A program made the translations under genes and the position numbers. 64,000 nt of DNA, taken from the NCBI GenBank assembly GCA_902567785.1, contig CACFOR010000004.1:25890-89889 (forward strand), written 5' to 3'. Each line of letters opens with the position of its first letter. Positions within the stretch are counted from its first letter, which is position 1. Positions 26,827 to 36,771 of this stretch are shown in pieces. The notes under the pieces are model-generated. The model was given only the letters and a program-made list of their open reading frames with translations, was not told where the DNA came from and made no database searches. This DNA is from an uncultured Pelagibacteraceae bacterium. GTDB lineage: Bacteria; Pseudomonadota; Alphaproteobacteria; Pelagibacterales; Pelagibacteraceae.

Positions 26827-28119
26827 TTAGACACATTCTATAACTCCATTGATTCCCAATTTAACTTTAGCTTCCAGGCCATAAGCAGGAGTTTCATCTA
26901 TTTCTAATACAGTAACTCTTTTTTCTAGTACATTGTAACTACTTTTAGTTGAGCACAGCTCTGACGCTTTACTTTCAAAGTCAGATTTTAACTGATCCAT
27001 AATTTTTTTTCCTTTTTTGGTGTTGGTTTCGTACTGACTAAGTCTTACCCATTTCTTTGCGACAATTGATATATTTAACGTATCCTTTCCTGAGTATTTT
27101 TTTGTTAGAACATCTGTTTTACTTATACATGGAACGCTAGATCCATCTTTATTAATGCATTGGCCCATTCCTTCCTCTTGCCCTTCGAGAAATTTACCTA
27201 CATAGGCAGTTCCATCTTCATAACTAAAAGTTCCTTGTCCGTGCCTTTTTCCATTAGCAAATTCTCCAACGTATTTTTTTCCATCAGGGTAAAACAAGGT
27301 TCCTTCGCCGTGTAATTTATCATTTTGAAAATCTCCTAAGTACTTTCTTCCGTCATTCCAAATTTTGGTACCATTTCCATGACTTTTACCGTCTTTCCAC
27401 GCACCAAAATATTTGTCTCCATTAGACCATTCAAACGTTCCATATCCATTTGGCAAAAAATTTTTAAATTCACCAACATATTTTGCACCACCCGGATATA
27501 AAGATATTCCTTTAAGAATTTTTCCATTTATAAAATAGCCAATGTATTTATGACCACTATTAGATATGTATGAACCCCTACAATTTGTCCATTTTTCATA
27601 TTTATTACCCTGGCACTCGCTTAATGAACTTTGTTCTTTTTTAATTTTTTCTTGTGCTTTTAATATTTCTTTTTTCTCTTTACTAATTTTCACTTCATCA
27701 ATTTTTTTTTTGTCCCAATCAGCTTTTACGTTTTTACATAAGCTTTGTCTTTTATCATACAAATTATATAAATCGATATCAGATCCCTTTTCTCTTTTGA
27801 ATTGTAATTTAAGTACAGATTTAGAATCAGAATTTAAAAAATATTGATAGTAAAGATTTTCACCTTGGGCACTCTTTATTTTTTCGCTTGTAATTTTATT
27901 TTTTTCAATTAATTTTATTTTGTCCTTAAAATTTTGCACGGCTCCATCAGCAGCTCTTAATTCCACTTCAATAACATTTTTATTAATATCAATCACATAA
28001 TTCCCTTCTACTGCATTGCTTATTATACATTCTTTAAAATAGTACGATTCCGCAAAGCTTAGGTTGCAAAAAAATATGTTTAATATAGCTATAAAAAGTA
28101 CTCTTTTCATATTAATCAT
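26827..28119 (-). CDS. Secreted MORN-repeat protein
   Basis: 430 aa with a signal peptide (VLFIAILNIFFCNLSFA). It has about 6-7 tandem YxGxxxxxxxxGxG MORN units (YVGEFKNFLPNGYGT, YFGAWKDGKSHGNGT, YLGDFQNDKLHGEGT, YVGEFANGKRHGQGT...). Confidence 0.8.
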   Translation of the reverse strand: MINMKRVLFIAILNIFFCNLSFAESYYFKECIISNAVEGNYVIDINKNVIEVELRAADGAVQNFKDKIKLIEKNKITSEKIKSAQGENLYYQYFLNSDSKSVLKLQFKREKGSDIDLYNLYDKRQSLCKNVKADWDKKKIDEVKISKEKKEILKAQEKIKKEQSSLSECQGNKYEKWTNCRGSYISNSGHKYIGYFINGKILKGISLYPGGAKYVGEFKNFLPNGYGTFEWSNGDKYFGAWKDGKSHGNGTKIWNDGRKYLGDFQNDKLHGEGTLFYPDGKKYVGEFANGKRHGQGTFSYEDGTAYVGKFLEGQEEGMGQCINKDGSSVPCISKTDVLTKKYSGKDTLNISIVAKKWVRLSQYETNTKKGKKIMDQLKSDFESKASELCSTKSSYNVLEKRVTVLEIDETPAYGLEAKVKLGINGVIECV

Positions 28120-28183
28120 TTTGGCATTCTATTATATGTTGTATTTTTTAAATCTGTACATTGTTTATAAAAATAATATTTTT

Positions 28184-28192
28184 TGTTATAAT
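28184..28192 (+). promoter_or_regulatory. Extended -10 promoter element TGtTATAAT upstream of the mini-ORF
   Basis: Consensus TGnTATAAT read at 28184..28192, about 45 nt upstream of the AGGAGG-preceded ATG at 28239. Confidence 0.35.
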
Positions 28193-28238
28193 ATATCGAT
28201 AAGATTCGTTTATACATTTAACAAATAGGAGGTAAAGT

Positions 28239-28289
28239 ATGATCTGGGTTGTTGCAGCTGTAGCAGTGATTTGGTACATGAATAAGTAA
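28239..28289 (+). CDS. 16-codon hydrophobic mini-ORF (MIWVVAAVAVIWYMNK)
   Basis: A near-consensus Shine-Dalgarno sequence (AGGAGGtaaagtATG) precedes the ATG, which looks unusual in this window. One TM-length hydrophobic stretch follows. Confidence 0.35.
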   Translation: MIWVVAAVAVIWYMNK

Positions 28290-29027
28290 TTAAGTAATTC
28301 TTCTTATTCCTATCACTTTTAAATTTGCCGTTTTGTAAATTCTATCAATTGTATTTTTGATAGGCATTCTAACTGTACTTTTCAGAGGACCATAAGCGTG
28401 TATTAGGCTTTTATTTGAAATAGCAATAGCCACGTGCCCTTTCCAAAATATTAAGTCATTTTTGCGAATATTTTTTAGTTTAATTTTTTTTTTAAAATAA
28501 CTAATTTGATCTTTGCTATCTCTTGGACAATATTTGTTATTAAAATTAAAAAAAAGCTGAATCAGGCCCGAACAATCAACCCCTGAAAAATGCTTTCCTC
28601 CCCAAACATATTTTGTTCCCAAAAATTTATTTAAACCATTAAACATATCTTTGCTTTTATATTTAATTTTTTTTAAATCATTTTTCTTTATCCAGAAATT
28701 ATCAAATTTATAGAACTTATTTTTTTTGTGTGTAATTATAATTTTGGATCCAAAGGATATTTTTTTTTTAGTTTTAAATTTCAAATTTGGTTTCGTGTAT
28801 AGGTTCGCAAATAAATTATATACTTTGTGTGTACACTTTTTATTAAGAGGAAAATTTTTTTTTTTAATAAATCCTTTATAACCGTCTAAATTATTTTTGA
28901 TTTTAATCCAAGATCCTTTTTTTTTAATTATCTTAAAAGAATCTCCATATAAAAGTTGAGTTACAAGTAGTTTTGATTGAATACTTTTTTTTTTATATAC
29001 GTTTATGACTGAGAGATTGCTTCTCAC
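28290..29027 (-). CDS. NlpC/P60-family cell-wall peptidase with N-terminal SH3-like region
   Basis: 245 aa with the catalytic Cys context YVWGGKHFSGVDCSGLIQ and His context GHVAIAIS...IHAY. It overlaps ampG by 4 nt. Confidence 0.8.
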   Translation of the reverse strand: MRSNLSVINVYKKKSIQSKLLVTQLLYGDSFKIIKKKGSWIKIKNNLDGYKGFIKKKNFPLNKKCTHKVYNLFANLYTKPNLKFKTKKKISFGSKIIITHKKNKFYKFDNFWIKKNDLKKIKYKSKDMFNGLNKFLGTKYVWGGKHFSGVDCSGLIQLFFNFNNKYCPRDSKDQISYFKKKIKLKNIRKNDLIFWKGHVAIAISNKSLIHAYGPLKSTVRMPIKNTIDRIYKTANLKVIGIRRIT

Positions 29028-30394
29028 TGCAATTTAAGTTTGTCTCGAATAAACCAAAGAAAAATTAATGAAGGTATTACCATGACAGCTGTAATTACAA
29101 AGAATATACCCCAGTCACCATTTAACCAATCTACCAATGCCCCAGATGAAGCGGCTAAAGTTGTTCTTCCTGCAGTTCCTATTGAAGCAAGAAGAGCATA
29201 CTGCGTTGCAGTATAGGTTCTATCAACTAATAATGAAATAAAAGCAACAAAGGCAACAGTAGCAAATGCAGCTGCCATGTCATCAAAAATTACAGCTATA
29301 GCAAAAAGCCATTCAGATTTTCCTGACCACGCAAGTAAAGAAAACAAAAGATTTGTTGAAGCCATAAGTATTCCAGAAATAAACATAGCTTTTATAACTC
29401 CAGAACGAATTGCAAACAAACCTCCCAACAAGGTAAATACGACTGTCGTTATCCATCCCAAACCTTTTGAATAAAGAGCTATATCTCCTTTAGAAAATCC
29501 TATTTCTTTATAAAATATAATTGACATTCTTCCAAGAAAAGCCTCACCAATTTTAAAAAGAAAAACAAATCCCAAAATACCTATAGCAATTTTAAATCCA
29601 TTTTTTTTAAAAAAACTTATTATTGGGCCAGCAACAGTACCACTAACCCATGCAATTGATTTAGTAGCAACGTTAGAAGAGCCTAATTTTTGTTCTATCA
29701 TTTGATCTGTATTTTTTTGAGATTCTTGTCGTTCATTGGTCTCTTTTTCATCAACAAACATTAAGCCAATGTTGCAGGCGATAATAACAATACCAAGAAC
29801 TAAAAAAGTAATTTGCCAATAATTTTCAAATCCAGCTTGCTGTAAATATTCTGCCGCATTTAAAGCTATTACTCCACCTAATTTATAACCTGTCCACCAA
29901 CCAACAACTGCCATAGCAGCTCCAGCTTGCATCGATGAACCTTCATTTACACCAATCTGTTCTATTCTTAATGCATCTACCGTGATGTCTTGAGTAGCAG
30001 AAGCAACAGCAATAATTAATCCAACCGTAATTACTAAAGCTAAATTTGTTGTTGGATCTATAATACTCCAGCATACCAAGCTAATCAAAATAACAGCTTG
30101 CATAGTAACGATCCAACCACGACGATGTCCAATTTTATTAGTTAACCAAGGGATTCTAATTCTATCTATTATTGGAGCCCACAAATAATTAAAGGCATAG
30201 ACTGCAAATATAAGTCCGGCCCAACCGATTGTACTTCGACTTAATCCATCTTCTTTAAGCCACAAGCTTAAACTGCTGCCAATCAAAACCCAAGGAAATC
30301 CACTGATAATTCCCAAAAGTAAAATTCTTGCCATCCGTTTTTCAAAGTAGACAGAAAAAGTTTCAGACAAAGTTTGTTTTTTATATATTTCCAT
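29024..30394 (-). CDS. ampG: AmpG-family muropeptide MFS permease
   Basis: 456 aa with about 12-14 TM segments and an AmpG-like N-terminus (LLGIISGFPWVLIGSSLSLWLKEDGLS...YLWAPIIDR). Confidence 0.85.
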   Translation of the reverse strand: MEIYKKQTLSETFSVYFEKRMARILLLGIISGFPWVLIGSSLSLWLKEDGLSRSTIGWAGLIFAVYAFNYLWAPIIDRIRIPWLTNKIGHRRGWIVTMQAVILISLVCWSIIDPTTNLALVITVGLIIAVASATQDITVDALRIEQIGVNEGSSMQAGAAMAVVGWWTGYKLGGVIALNAAEYLQQAGFENYWQITFLVLGIVIIACNIGLMFVDEKETNERQESQKNTDQMIEQKLGSSNVATKSIAWVSGTVAGPIISFFKKNGFKIAIGILGFVFLFKIGEAFLGRMSIIFYKEIGFSKGDIALYSKGLGWITTVVFTLLGGLFAIRSGVIKAMFISGILMASTNLLFSLLAWSGKSEWLFAIAVIFDDMAAAFATVAFVAFISLLVDRTYTATQYALLASIGTAGRTTLAASSGALVDWLNGDWGIFFVITAVMVIPSLIFLWFIRDKLKLQ

Positions 30395-30409
30395 TGTTAT
30401 CTCAACTTT

Positions 30410-31807
30410 CTAATTTTTCCAAAAAGATGGAAAAAACAAAACCAATACAGCAAACAGTTCAAGCCTACCAAGAAGCATTCCTAAACTCAAACTTAATTTA
30501 GAAAAATTAGGTAAATTACTGAAATTTCCATTAGGGCCTATTGTTTCACCTAATCCAGGACCTACATTCGATATTGCAGAAGCAGAGCCTGATATTGCAG
30601 TTACAAAATCTAGACCATTAATAGATAAAATAGCAGCTAAAATAAAAAAAATAAAAAAGTAGAGAAAAATAAAAGTTATTATTGAATATATGAATGTATT
30701 ACTAATTTTTTCATCATTATATTTTATAGAAAAGATACCGCGTGGATAAACTAATTTTTTTATTTGATTTATTATAAAATAACCTAATATTTGAAATCTA
30801 AAGATTTTAATACCACATGTGGTTGATCCAGCACATCCACCAATAAACATTAAAAAAAGGAAAAATATTAACGGAAATTTTCCCCAAGAACTAAAATCTG
30901 CTGTAACATAACCCGTTCCAGATAAAATAGAAACTACATTAAAAGTTGATATTCTAAAATTTTCTAAAACATTATATTCTCTATTGGATATTATTAAATA
31001 TAAAAAAATTAATAAAATTGAAGTTATTAAAATATAAATCAAACCTTTTATTTGTTTATCTTTTAAAAAAGTTTTTTTTTCACCTTTTATGAATTTTAAA
31101 TAAGCAATAAAAGGTATGCTTCCTAAAATTATAAAAATAATGGAAACAACTTCAATTTTTGGATTATTAAAATAACCAATTGATTCACCGTATGTTGAAA
31201 AACCACCAGTGGCAATTGTTGTCATAGAGTGAGCTATGCTGTCAAAAATATTCATACCAGTAAGCCAATAAGAAACTCCACAAGCAAAAGTTAAAGATAG
31301 ATATATGATTGAAATAGAAATTGTAATTTCACGCGTCTTGGGTAAAATTTTTTCCGTAGTATCAGAGCTTTTCATTCTAAAAAGTTGCATTCCTCCAATG
31401 TTTAATAAAGGAAGTATTGTTATTGCCATTACAATTACACCTATTCCCCCTAACCATTGTAAAATAGCTCTCCAAATAAGAATGCTTTTTGGAGTATTTT
31501 CCAAATTAGTAATGATTGTTGAACCTGTAGTTGTTATTCCAGACATGCTTTCAAAGAAAGCGTCAACAACTGATAAATTGATACTAGAAAATAAAAACGG
31601 AATACATCCAAAAATTGCAATACTTAACCAAGATAAAGTTGTTAAAAGAAAAGCTTGTTGTAAATTTAATTTTTTATTTTCTTCTAGATTAGTAAGTATT
31701 AATAGAACCCCTATAAACGCAGTTATTGATGCTGAAGATAAAAAAATTTTATTTTCTTCATCATATATAAACTCTACTAATAGTGGTATAAGCATGAATG
31801 TCCCCAA
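30410..31807 (-). CDS. trkH: TrkH-family potassium uptake protein (start unresolved; see finding on the T8 tract)
   Basis: 465 aa from a TTG start. It is a polytopic membrane protein with repeated selectivity-filter-like GTGY, GGFST and GPGLG segments. Confidence 0.85.
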   Translation of the reverse strand: MGTFMLIPLLVEFIYDEENKIFLSSASITAFIGVLLILTNLEENKKLNLQQAFLLTTLSWLSIAIFGCIPFLFSSINLSVVDAFFESMSGITTTGSTIITNLENTPKSILIWRAILQWLGGIGVIVMAITILPLLNIGGMQLFRMKSSDTTEKILPKTREITISISIIYLSLTFACGVSYWLTGMNIFDSIAHSMTTIATGGFSTYGESIGYFNNPKIEVVSIIFIILGSIPFIAYLKFIKGEKKTFLKDKQIKGLIYILITSILLIFLYLIISNREYNVLENFRISTFNVVSILSGTGYVTADFSSWGKFPLIFFLFLMFIGGCAGSTTCGIKIFRFQILGYFIINQIKKLVYPRGIFSIKYNDEKISNTFIYSIITFIFLYFFIFFILAAILSINGLDFVTAISGSASAISNVGPGLGETIGPNGNFSNLPNFSKLSLSLGMLLGRLELFAVLVLFFPSFWKN

Positions 31808-31957
31808 TATTAACAGGAGAATACCAATTGAAAAAAAACTGTTTTATTATTATTCATTTTTGAACTCGGAGACTATTTAAAAATATTCGAAATTCAACAT
31901 AATAAGACCTTATTATATCTGTATTTTACTTATGAAATTTAATAAATCTTTTATATT

Positions 31958-33520
31958 GTGATTGATAAATCAATAATTGAAACAAGCAGTTCTTGGCCAT
32001 TAGTTGAGGCAAGAAAACTTATTAAAGAAAGAAAAAAAATCTACGAAAAAAAGGGAAAAATTACTTTACAAACTGGTTACGGACCAAGTGGCCTTCCACA
32101 TATTGGAACTTTTGCAGAAGTAGCAAGAACAACAATGATGGTTAATGCAATTAAGCGACTAATTGATATACCAACTGAAATTATTACTTTTTCTGATGAT
32201 ATGGACGGTTTAAGAAAAGTACCAAGTAATATTCCAAATAAAGAAATTTTAGAAAAAAATCTTCATAAGCCACTTACAAGTGTACCTGATCCTTTCCAAA
32301 AATATAGAAGTTTTGGGGAACATAATAACGAAATGCTTAAAAAATTTTTAAATGAATTTAAATTTACTTATACTTTTGTAAGTTCAACAGATTCGTATAA
32401 AAAAGGAAAATTTAACAATGCGTTATTATTAGTTTTAGAAAAATATGAACAGATAAAAGAAATAATTCTTCCTACACTTGGTCAAGAAAGACAAAAAACA
32501 TATAGTCCTTTTTTGCCAGTATGCCTTGAAACAGGGAAGGTATTGGAAGTTCCAATTCTTGAAATAAAAAAAAAAGAAGGAAAAATTGTTTATCAAAATG
32601 GTAGCAAAAAAGTTGAGACAGAAATTATAAATGGAAAATGCAAATTACAATGGAAAGTAGATTGGGCGATGAGATGGTACGCTTTTGATATAGATTACGA
32701 AATGTACGGAAAAGATTTAATTGAGAGTGCAATTCTTTCAGGTAAAATTTGTCAATTACTTGGAAAAAAAAATCCGAATGGTTTTGCATACGAGATGTTT
32801 TTAGATGAAAAAGGAGAAAAAATTTCTAAGTCGAAGGGCAATGGAATAACTATTGAACAATGGTTAAAATATGCTTCGCCTGAGAGTTTATCTTTGTACA
32901 TGTATCAAAATCCAAAAAGAGCAAAAAAACTTTATGCAGATGTTGTTCCAAAAGCTGTTGATGAGTATTTAATGTGTATTGATAAATTTAGTGAACAAGA
33001 TGATAAACAAAAACTTCTTAATCCTGTTTGGCATGTTCATAATGGAAATCCTCCTAAAGAAAAATCAATTATGCCATTTTCAGTTTTACTGAATCTAGTT
33101 GGAGCGAGCAATGCTACTGACAAGAATGTATTATGGAAATTTATTAAAAAAAATAAAAAAAATATTGATATATCAGATCATCCAATTCTAGATAGTTTAG
33201 TAGGATATGCATTAAAGTATTTCCAAGATATAGTTAAGCCAAATAAAAAGTATAGAAAACCTAATGATAAAGAAAAAAAGGCATTGCAAGACTTGGTTCA
33301 AAGGTTAAAAGATTGCAAGGATCAGATGAATCCAGAAGATATACAAACAATCGTTTACTCTGTTGGAAAAGATAATGGATATAAAGAAAATTTAAGAGAA
33401 TGGTTTAAAGCAATTTATGAAATAATTTTTGGCGATCAGGACGGTCCAAGAATGGGATTTTTTATAAGTTTTTTTGGTATAAAAGAAAGTATAGAATTGA
33501 TTAATAAATATATTAAATAA
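31958..33520 (+). CDS. lysK: Lysyl-tRNA synthetase, class I
   Basis: 520 aa from a GTG start with a HIGH-like PHIGTFAE and KMSKS-like KISKSKGNG. Class I LysRS is typical of many Alphaproteobacteria. Confidence 0.9.
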   Translation: MIDKSIIETSSSWPLVEARKLIKERKKIYEKKGKITLQTGYGPSGLPHIGTFAEVARTTMMVNAIKRLIDIPTEIITFSDDMDGLRKVPSNIPNKEILEKNLHKPLTSVPDPFQKYRSFGEHNNEMLKKFLNEFKFTYTFVSSTDSYKKGKFNNALLLVLEKYEQIKEIILPTLGQERQKTYSPFLPVCLETGKVLEVPILEIKKKEGKIVYQNGSKKVETEIINGKCKLQWKVDWAMRWYAFDIDYEMYGKDLIESAILSGKICQLLGKKNPNGFAYEMFLDEKGEKISKSKGNGITIEQWLKYASPESLSLYMYQNPKRAKKLYADVVPKAVDEYLMCIDKFSEQDDKQKLLNPVWHVHNGNPPKEKSIMPFSVLLNLVGASNATDKNVLWKFIKKNKKNIDISDHPILDSLVGYALKYFQDIVKPNKKYRKPNDKEKKALQDLVQRLKDCKDQMNPEDIQTIVYSVGKDNGYKENLREWFKAIYEIIFGDQDGPRMGFFISFFGIKESIELINKYIK

Positions 33521-34566
33521 TGTTTTCTGTCTTAAGACCATTTTTATTTAAATTAGATCCTGAAACCGCCCACGATTTAGCTGTCAAATCGCTTAAGTTT
33601 AATCCTTTTCCTAGCAAAATGTTTGAGGTTGCAGATGAGCAAATGTTAAATATTGAATTATTAGGAAAAAGTTTTCCTAATCCTATTGGTCTTGCAGCAG
33701 GTTTTGATAAAAGTGCAGAAGTTTATAATTCATTGTTGAAATTAGGATTTGGATTTGTAGAAGTTGGAACGGTTACGCCACTAAAACAATACGGAAACCC
33801 AAAACCTAGAATATTTAGGCTGGAAGACGATAGGGCTTTAATCAATAGACTGGGATTTAATAACGAAGGAATGGAAATAATAAAAGATAGAATAAAATCA
33901 GAGAAGAAAAAAGGTATACTGGGAGTTAATATTGGACCAAACAAAGAAACCAAGGATCAAAAAAATGATTTTTGTTTGGGTTTAAAAAATTTTTTTGATG
34001 TAGCAGATTATATTACTATAAATATTTCTTCCCCGAATACCAAAGGTTTAAGAGATTTTCATGATCAGAAAAAACTTATAGATCTTATAATAACTCTTAA
34101 TAAAATAAAAAAAGATAATGAAACTGATATTCCATTATTATTAAAAATTTCACCAGATCTTAACAATAGTCACATTCCAGAAATTGCAGAAGCTGCAATA
34201 AGAAATAATGTTTCTGCAATTATCCTAACAAATACTACAAATGGTAATAGAGATCATTTGATCAGTGAACTAAAGAAGGAAGAAGGTGGGCTTTCAGGGG
34301 ATCCTTTGCATCAAATATCAACAAATATCATTAAGAAGTTTTACAAAGAATTAAATTCAAAAATTCCCATCATTGGTGTTGGGGGAGTCAATTCAGGAAA
34401 ATCAGCTTATGAAAAAATTATAGCAGGAGCATCATTATTACAACTTTATACCAGCTTTGTTTATAGGGGACCTTTTGTAGCTAAGGATATAAAAAAAGAA
34501 TTAATTCAAATTTTAAAAGTTGAAGGAATCAAAAATATAAAAGAAGCAGTTGGTGCCGGTCTATAA
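33520..34566 (+). CDS. pyrD: Dihydroorotate dehydrogenase (quinone), class 2
   Basis: 348 aa with GFGFVEVGTVTP, NRLGFNN, NISSPNT and GVGGV motifs. Confidence 0.9.
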   Translation: MFSVLRPFLFKLDPETAHDLAVKSLKFNPFPSKMFEVADEQMLNIELLGKSFPNPIGLAAGFDKSAEVYNSLLKLGFGFVEVGTVTPLKQYGNPKPRIFRLEDDRALINRLGFNNEGMEIIKDRIKSEKKKGILGVNIGPNKETKDQKNDFCLGLKNFFDVADYITINISSPNTKGLRDFHDQKKLIDLIITLNKIKKDNETDIPLLLKISPDLNNSHIPEIAEAAIRNNVSAIILTNTTNGNRDHLISELKKEEGGLSGDPLHQISTNIIKKFYKELNSKIPIIGVGGVNSGKSAYEKIIAGASLLQLYTSFVYRGPFVAKDIKKELIQILKVEGIKNIKEAVGAGL

Positions 34567-35286
34567 CTAACCGATATTTTCAAAGTAAGGGAAGTATTCT
34601 AGAATAAAAAAACCTAGAACTTGCAATTGGCCAGTCAAAATAGCTATTCCCGTTAGTAATAAAATGATCCCAGCCACTTTTGTAATATTTGATAAATATT
34701 TTTTAAAAGTTTTAGAAAAAAATAAAAATTTATCAATCATTACTCCTGAGATAATAAAAGGTATAGCTAACCCTAAAGAATAAAATGATAGTAATAAAAT
34801 TCCCCTAGCCATATTTTCTTCTAATGCCGCTAATGTTATAATTGATCCAAGAATAGGGCCTATGCAAGGCGTCCAACCAAAAGCAAAAGCTGCACCAACT
34901 ATTAACGGAAATATTAAGCTATTATTATATTGGTTAGTAAAAAATCTTATATCTTTGTTCATAAAATTAAATTTTAAAATGCCAATTAACTGAAGAGAAA
35001 ATAATATTATGACAAAACCAGCTATAATTCTAAAAATATTTGAATTAGTTAAAAAAAATTGCCCAATAAATGTAGCTGTTGAGCCAAGTGCTATAAAAAC
35101 AAAAGAAAATCCTATGGTAAAATAAATTGTTTTAACTACTACAAGATTCCTTTTTTTTTCATTTATTTTATTTAACGACGTTCCTGAAATGTAAGAAATA
35201 TATCCGGGAATCAAAGGAAGGACACAAGGCGATAAAAAACTAATTAAACCAGCTAAAAAAGCTATGGGTAATGTTGTGCTCATCAA
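34567..35286 (-). CDS. ccdA: Cytochrome c biogenesis thiol-disulfide transporter CcdA/DsbD-family
   Basis: 239 aa with the two conserved cysteines (FLSPCVLPLIPGY and WTPCIGPILG). Confidence 0.8.
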   Translation of the reverse strand: MMSTTLPIAFLAGLISFLSPCVLPLIPGYISYISGTSLNKINEKKRNLVVVKTIYFTIGFSFVFIALGSTATFIGQFFLTNSNIFRIIAGFVIILFSLQLIGILKFNFMNKDIRFFTNQYNNSLIFPLIVGAAFAFGWTPCIGPILGSIITLAALEENMARGILLLSFYSLGLAIPFIISGVMIDKFLFFSKTFKKYLSNITKVAGIILLLTGIAILTGQLQVLGFFILEYFPYFENIG

Positions 35287-36378
35287 TTAATACATTGCTG
35301 GTTGATTTGTTCTTTGAGATCTCCACCTGCTTATTTGTCTCCTGATAAAAGATATTGCTACACCACTAATTAATGCTAGGAAAATAGATGAAATAGCGTA
35401 AGTGATTGGATATTTTATTGATAAATTGTAAATTGTATTTCCGAATTCACTTATTTCTGCAATTTTATTTGTTGCAAAACTTATGCTTGGAGTTCCATTT
35501 TTAAAGAAAGTATCGTAAGCCATTAAGATTCCCACTGATATTAAAAGTAAGGCTAGTAAGGTTTTTAATTCTGATCCTTGAAGTTTTTGACCAATTTTTT
35601 GTCCAGCGTGAACACCAGCTATTGATCCGGTAATTAGTATCATAACAAGAACTAAATCGATTGTTTGAAAACTTAAAGCATGAGAGATGGTAACAAAAGC
35701 AGTTATAAATATTGTAACAAACAAAGAAGTTCCCGGTACCAATTTTGTTGGCATTCCGATCAAATATATCATTGCAGGCACCATTAAAAATGCACCCCCA
35801 ACTCCCATAATAGCTGCTATGTACCCAACAATTATACCAAGTATAATTGGAACAAGAGCACTTTCATATACCTGTGATTTTCTAAATCTCATTCTAAAAG
35901 GAAGTCCATGTATCCAATAGTGAGTATGTAGTTTTTTTTTAATTACTACTTTTTTTTTAATTCTATCAATTTCCATAATACCGTCTCGCAACATGAAACT
36001 TCCTATGATGGCAAGAACATACATATATGCCAGAGTAATTATTAAATCGATTTTTCCTAGCTCTTTAAAATAAGCGAAGGTTAAAATTCCTAATCCTGTA
36101 CCAACCACACCGCCAGCTGTTATTAGCCAACCAATTTTTAGATCCATAGTTTTTTTCCAAAAATGAGTTAAAGATCCAGAAGTTGAAGAAGCTAAAATAT
36201 TATTAGCCTCATTTGCCACTGCGTAAGCTGGAGGTATACCCATAAAAATCAAAAAGGGAGTCATTAAAAAACCTCCTCCCACACCGAATAAACCTGACAA
36301 AAAACCAATTACAAAACTTACGAAAAGTACTAGTACTACATTTATTTGAACTTCTGCTATAGGTAGGTAAACTTCCAT
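35287..36378 (-). CDS. TauE/SafE (DUF81) family anion exporter
   Basis: 363 aa polytopic membrane protein with repeated GVGGGFLMTP and GVGGAFLMVP halves. Confidence 0.7.
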   Translation of the reverse strand: MEVYLPIAEVQINVVLVLFVSFVIGFLSGLFGVGGGFLMTPFLIFMGIPPAYAVANEANNILASSTSGSLTHFWKKTMDLKIGWLITAGGVVGTGLGILTFAYFKELGKIDLIITLAYMYVLAIIGSFMLRDGIMEIDRIKKKVVIKKKLHTHYWIHGLPFRMRFRKSQVYESALVPIILGIIVGYIAAIMGVGGAFLMVPAMIYLIGMPTKLVPGTSLFVTIFITAFVTISHALSFQTIDLVLVMILITGSIAGVHAGQKIGQKLQGSELKTLLALLLISVGILMAYDTFFKNGTPSISFATNKIAEISEFGNTIYNLSIKYPITYAISSIFLALISGVAISFIRRQISRWRSQRTNQPAMY

Positions 36379-36486
36379 TTAAAATCTTTAAATATAACTA
36401 TTCCTCAACGTTAAAGTTGTCAATATTTTAATATATAGTCTTGATTCCATTTTTTACAGGCTCTATATACTGCTTAGGAAAATATT

Positions 36487-36765
36487 ATGTCAAAAAAATG
36501 TGAACTTACAGGCAAATCACCCTTAAAAGGCCATGTCGTTAGTCATGCAAACAACAAAACAAAAAGAAAATTTTTTCCAAACTTAAAAAATGTTACTTTT
36601 AAAAGCGATATATTAAAAAGAAACATAACACTTAACGTAAGCAACGCTGCACTTAGAACGGTTGATCATAAAGGTGGATTAGACTTTTACCTTAAAAGCG
36701 TTAAATCATTAAAACTATCATCTAGAGTAAAAAAACTTAAAAATAAAATAGTTGCAAAAGCCTAG
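36487..36765 (+). CDS. rpmB: 50S ribosomal protein L28
   Basis: 92 aa starting MSKKCELTGKSPLKGHVVSHANNKTKRKFFPNL. Confidence 0.9.
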   Translation: MSKKCELTGKSPLKGHVVSHANNKTKRKFFPNLKNVTFKSDILKRNITLNVSNAALRTVDHKGGLDFYLKSVKSLKLSSRVKKLKNKIVAKA

Positions 36766-36771
36766 TTATTA

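Noticed and set aside
31305-31880. 191-aa plus-strand ORF
   Set aside because: It is entirely antisense to the well-supported trkH gene, and its translation has no recognisable features.
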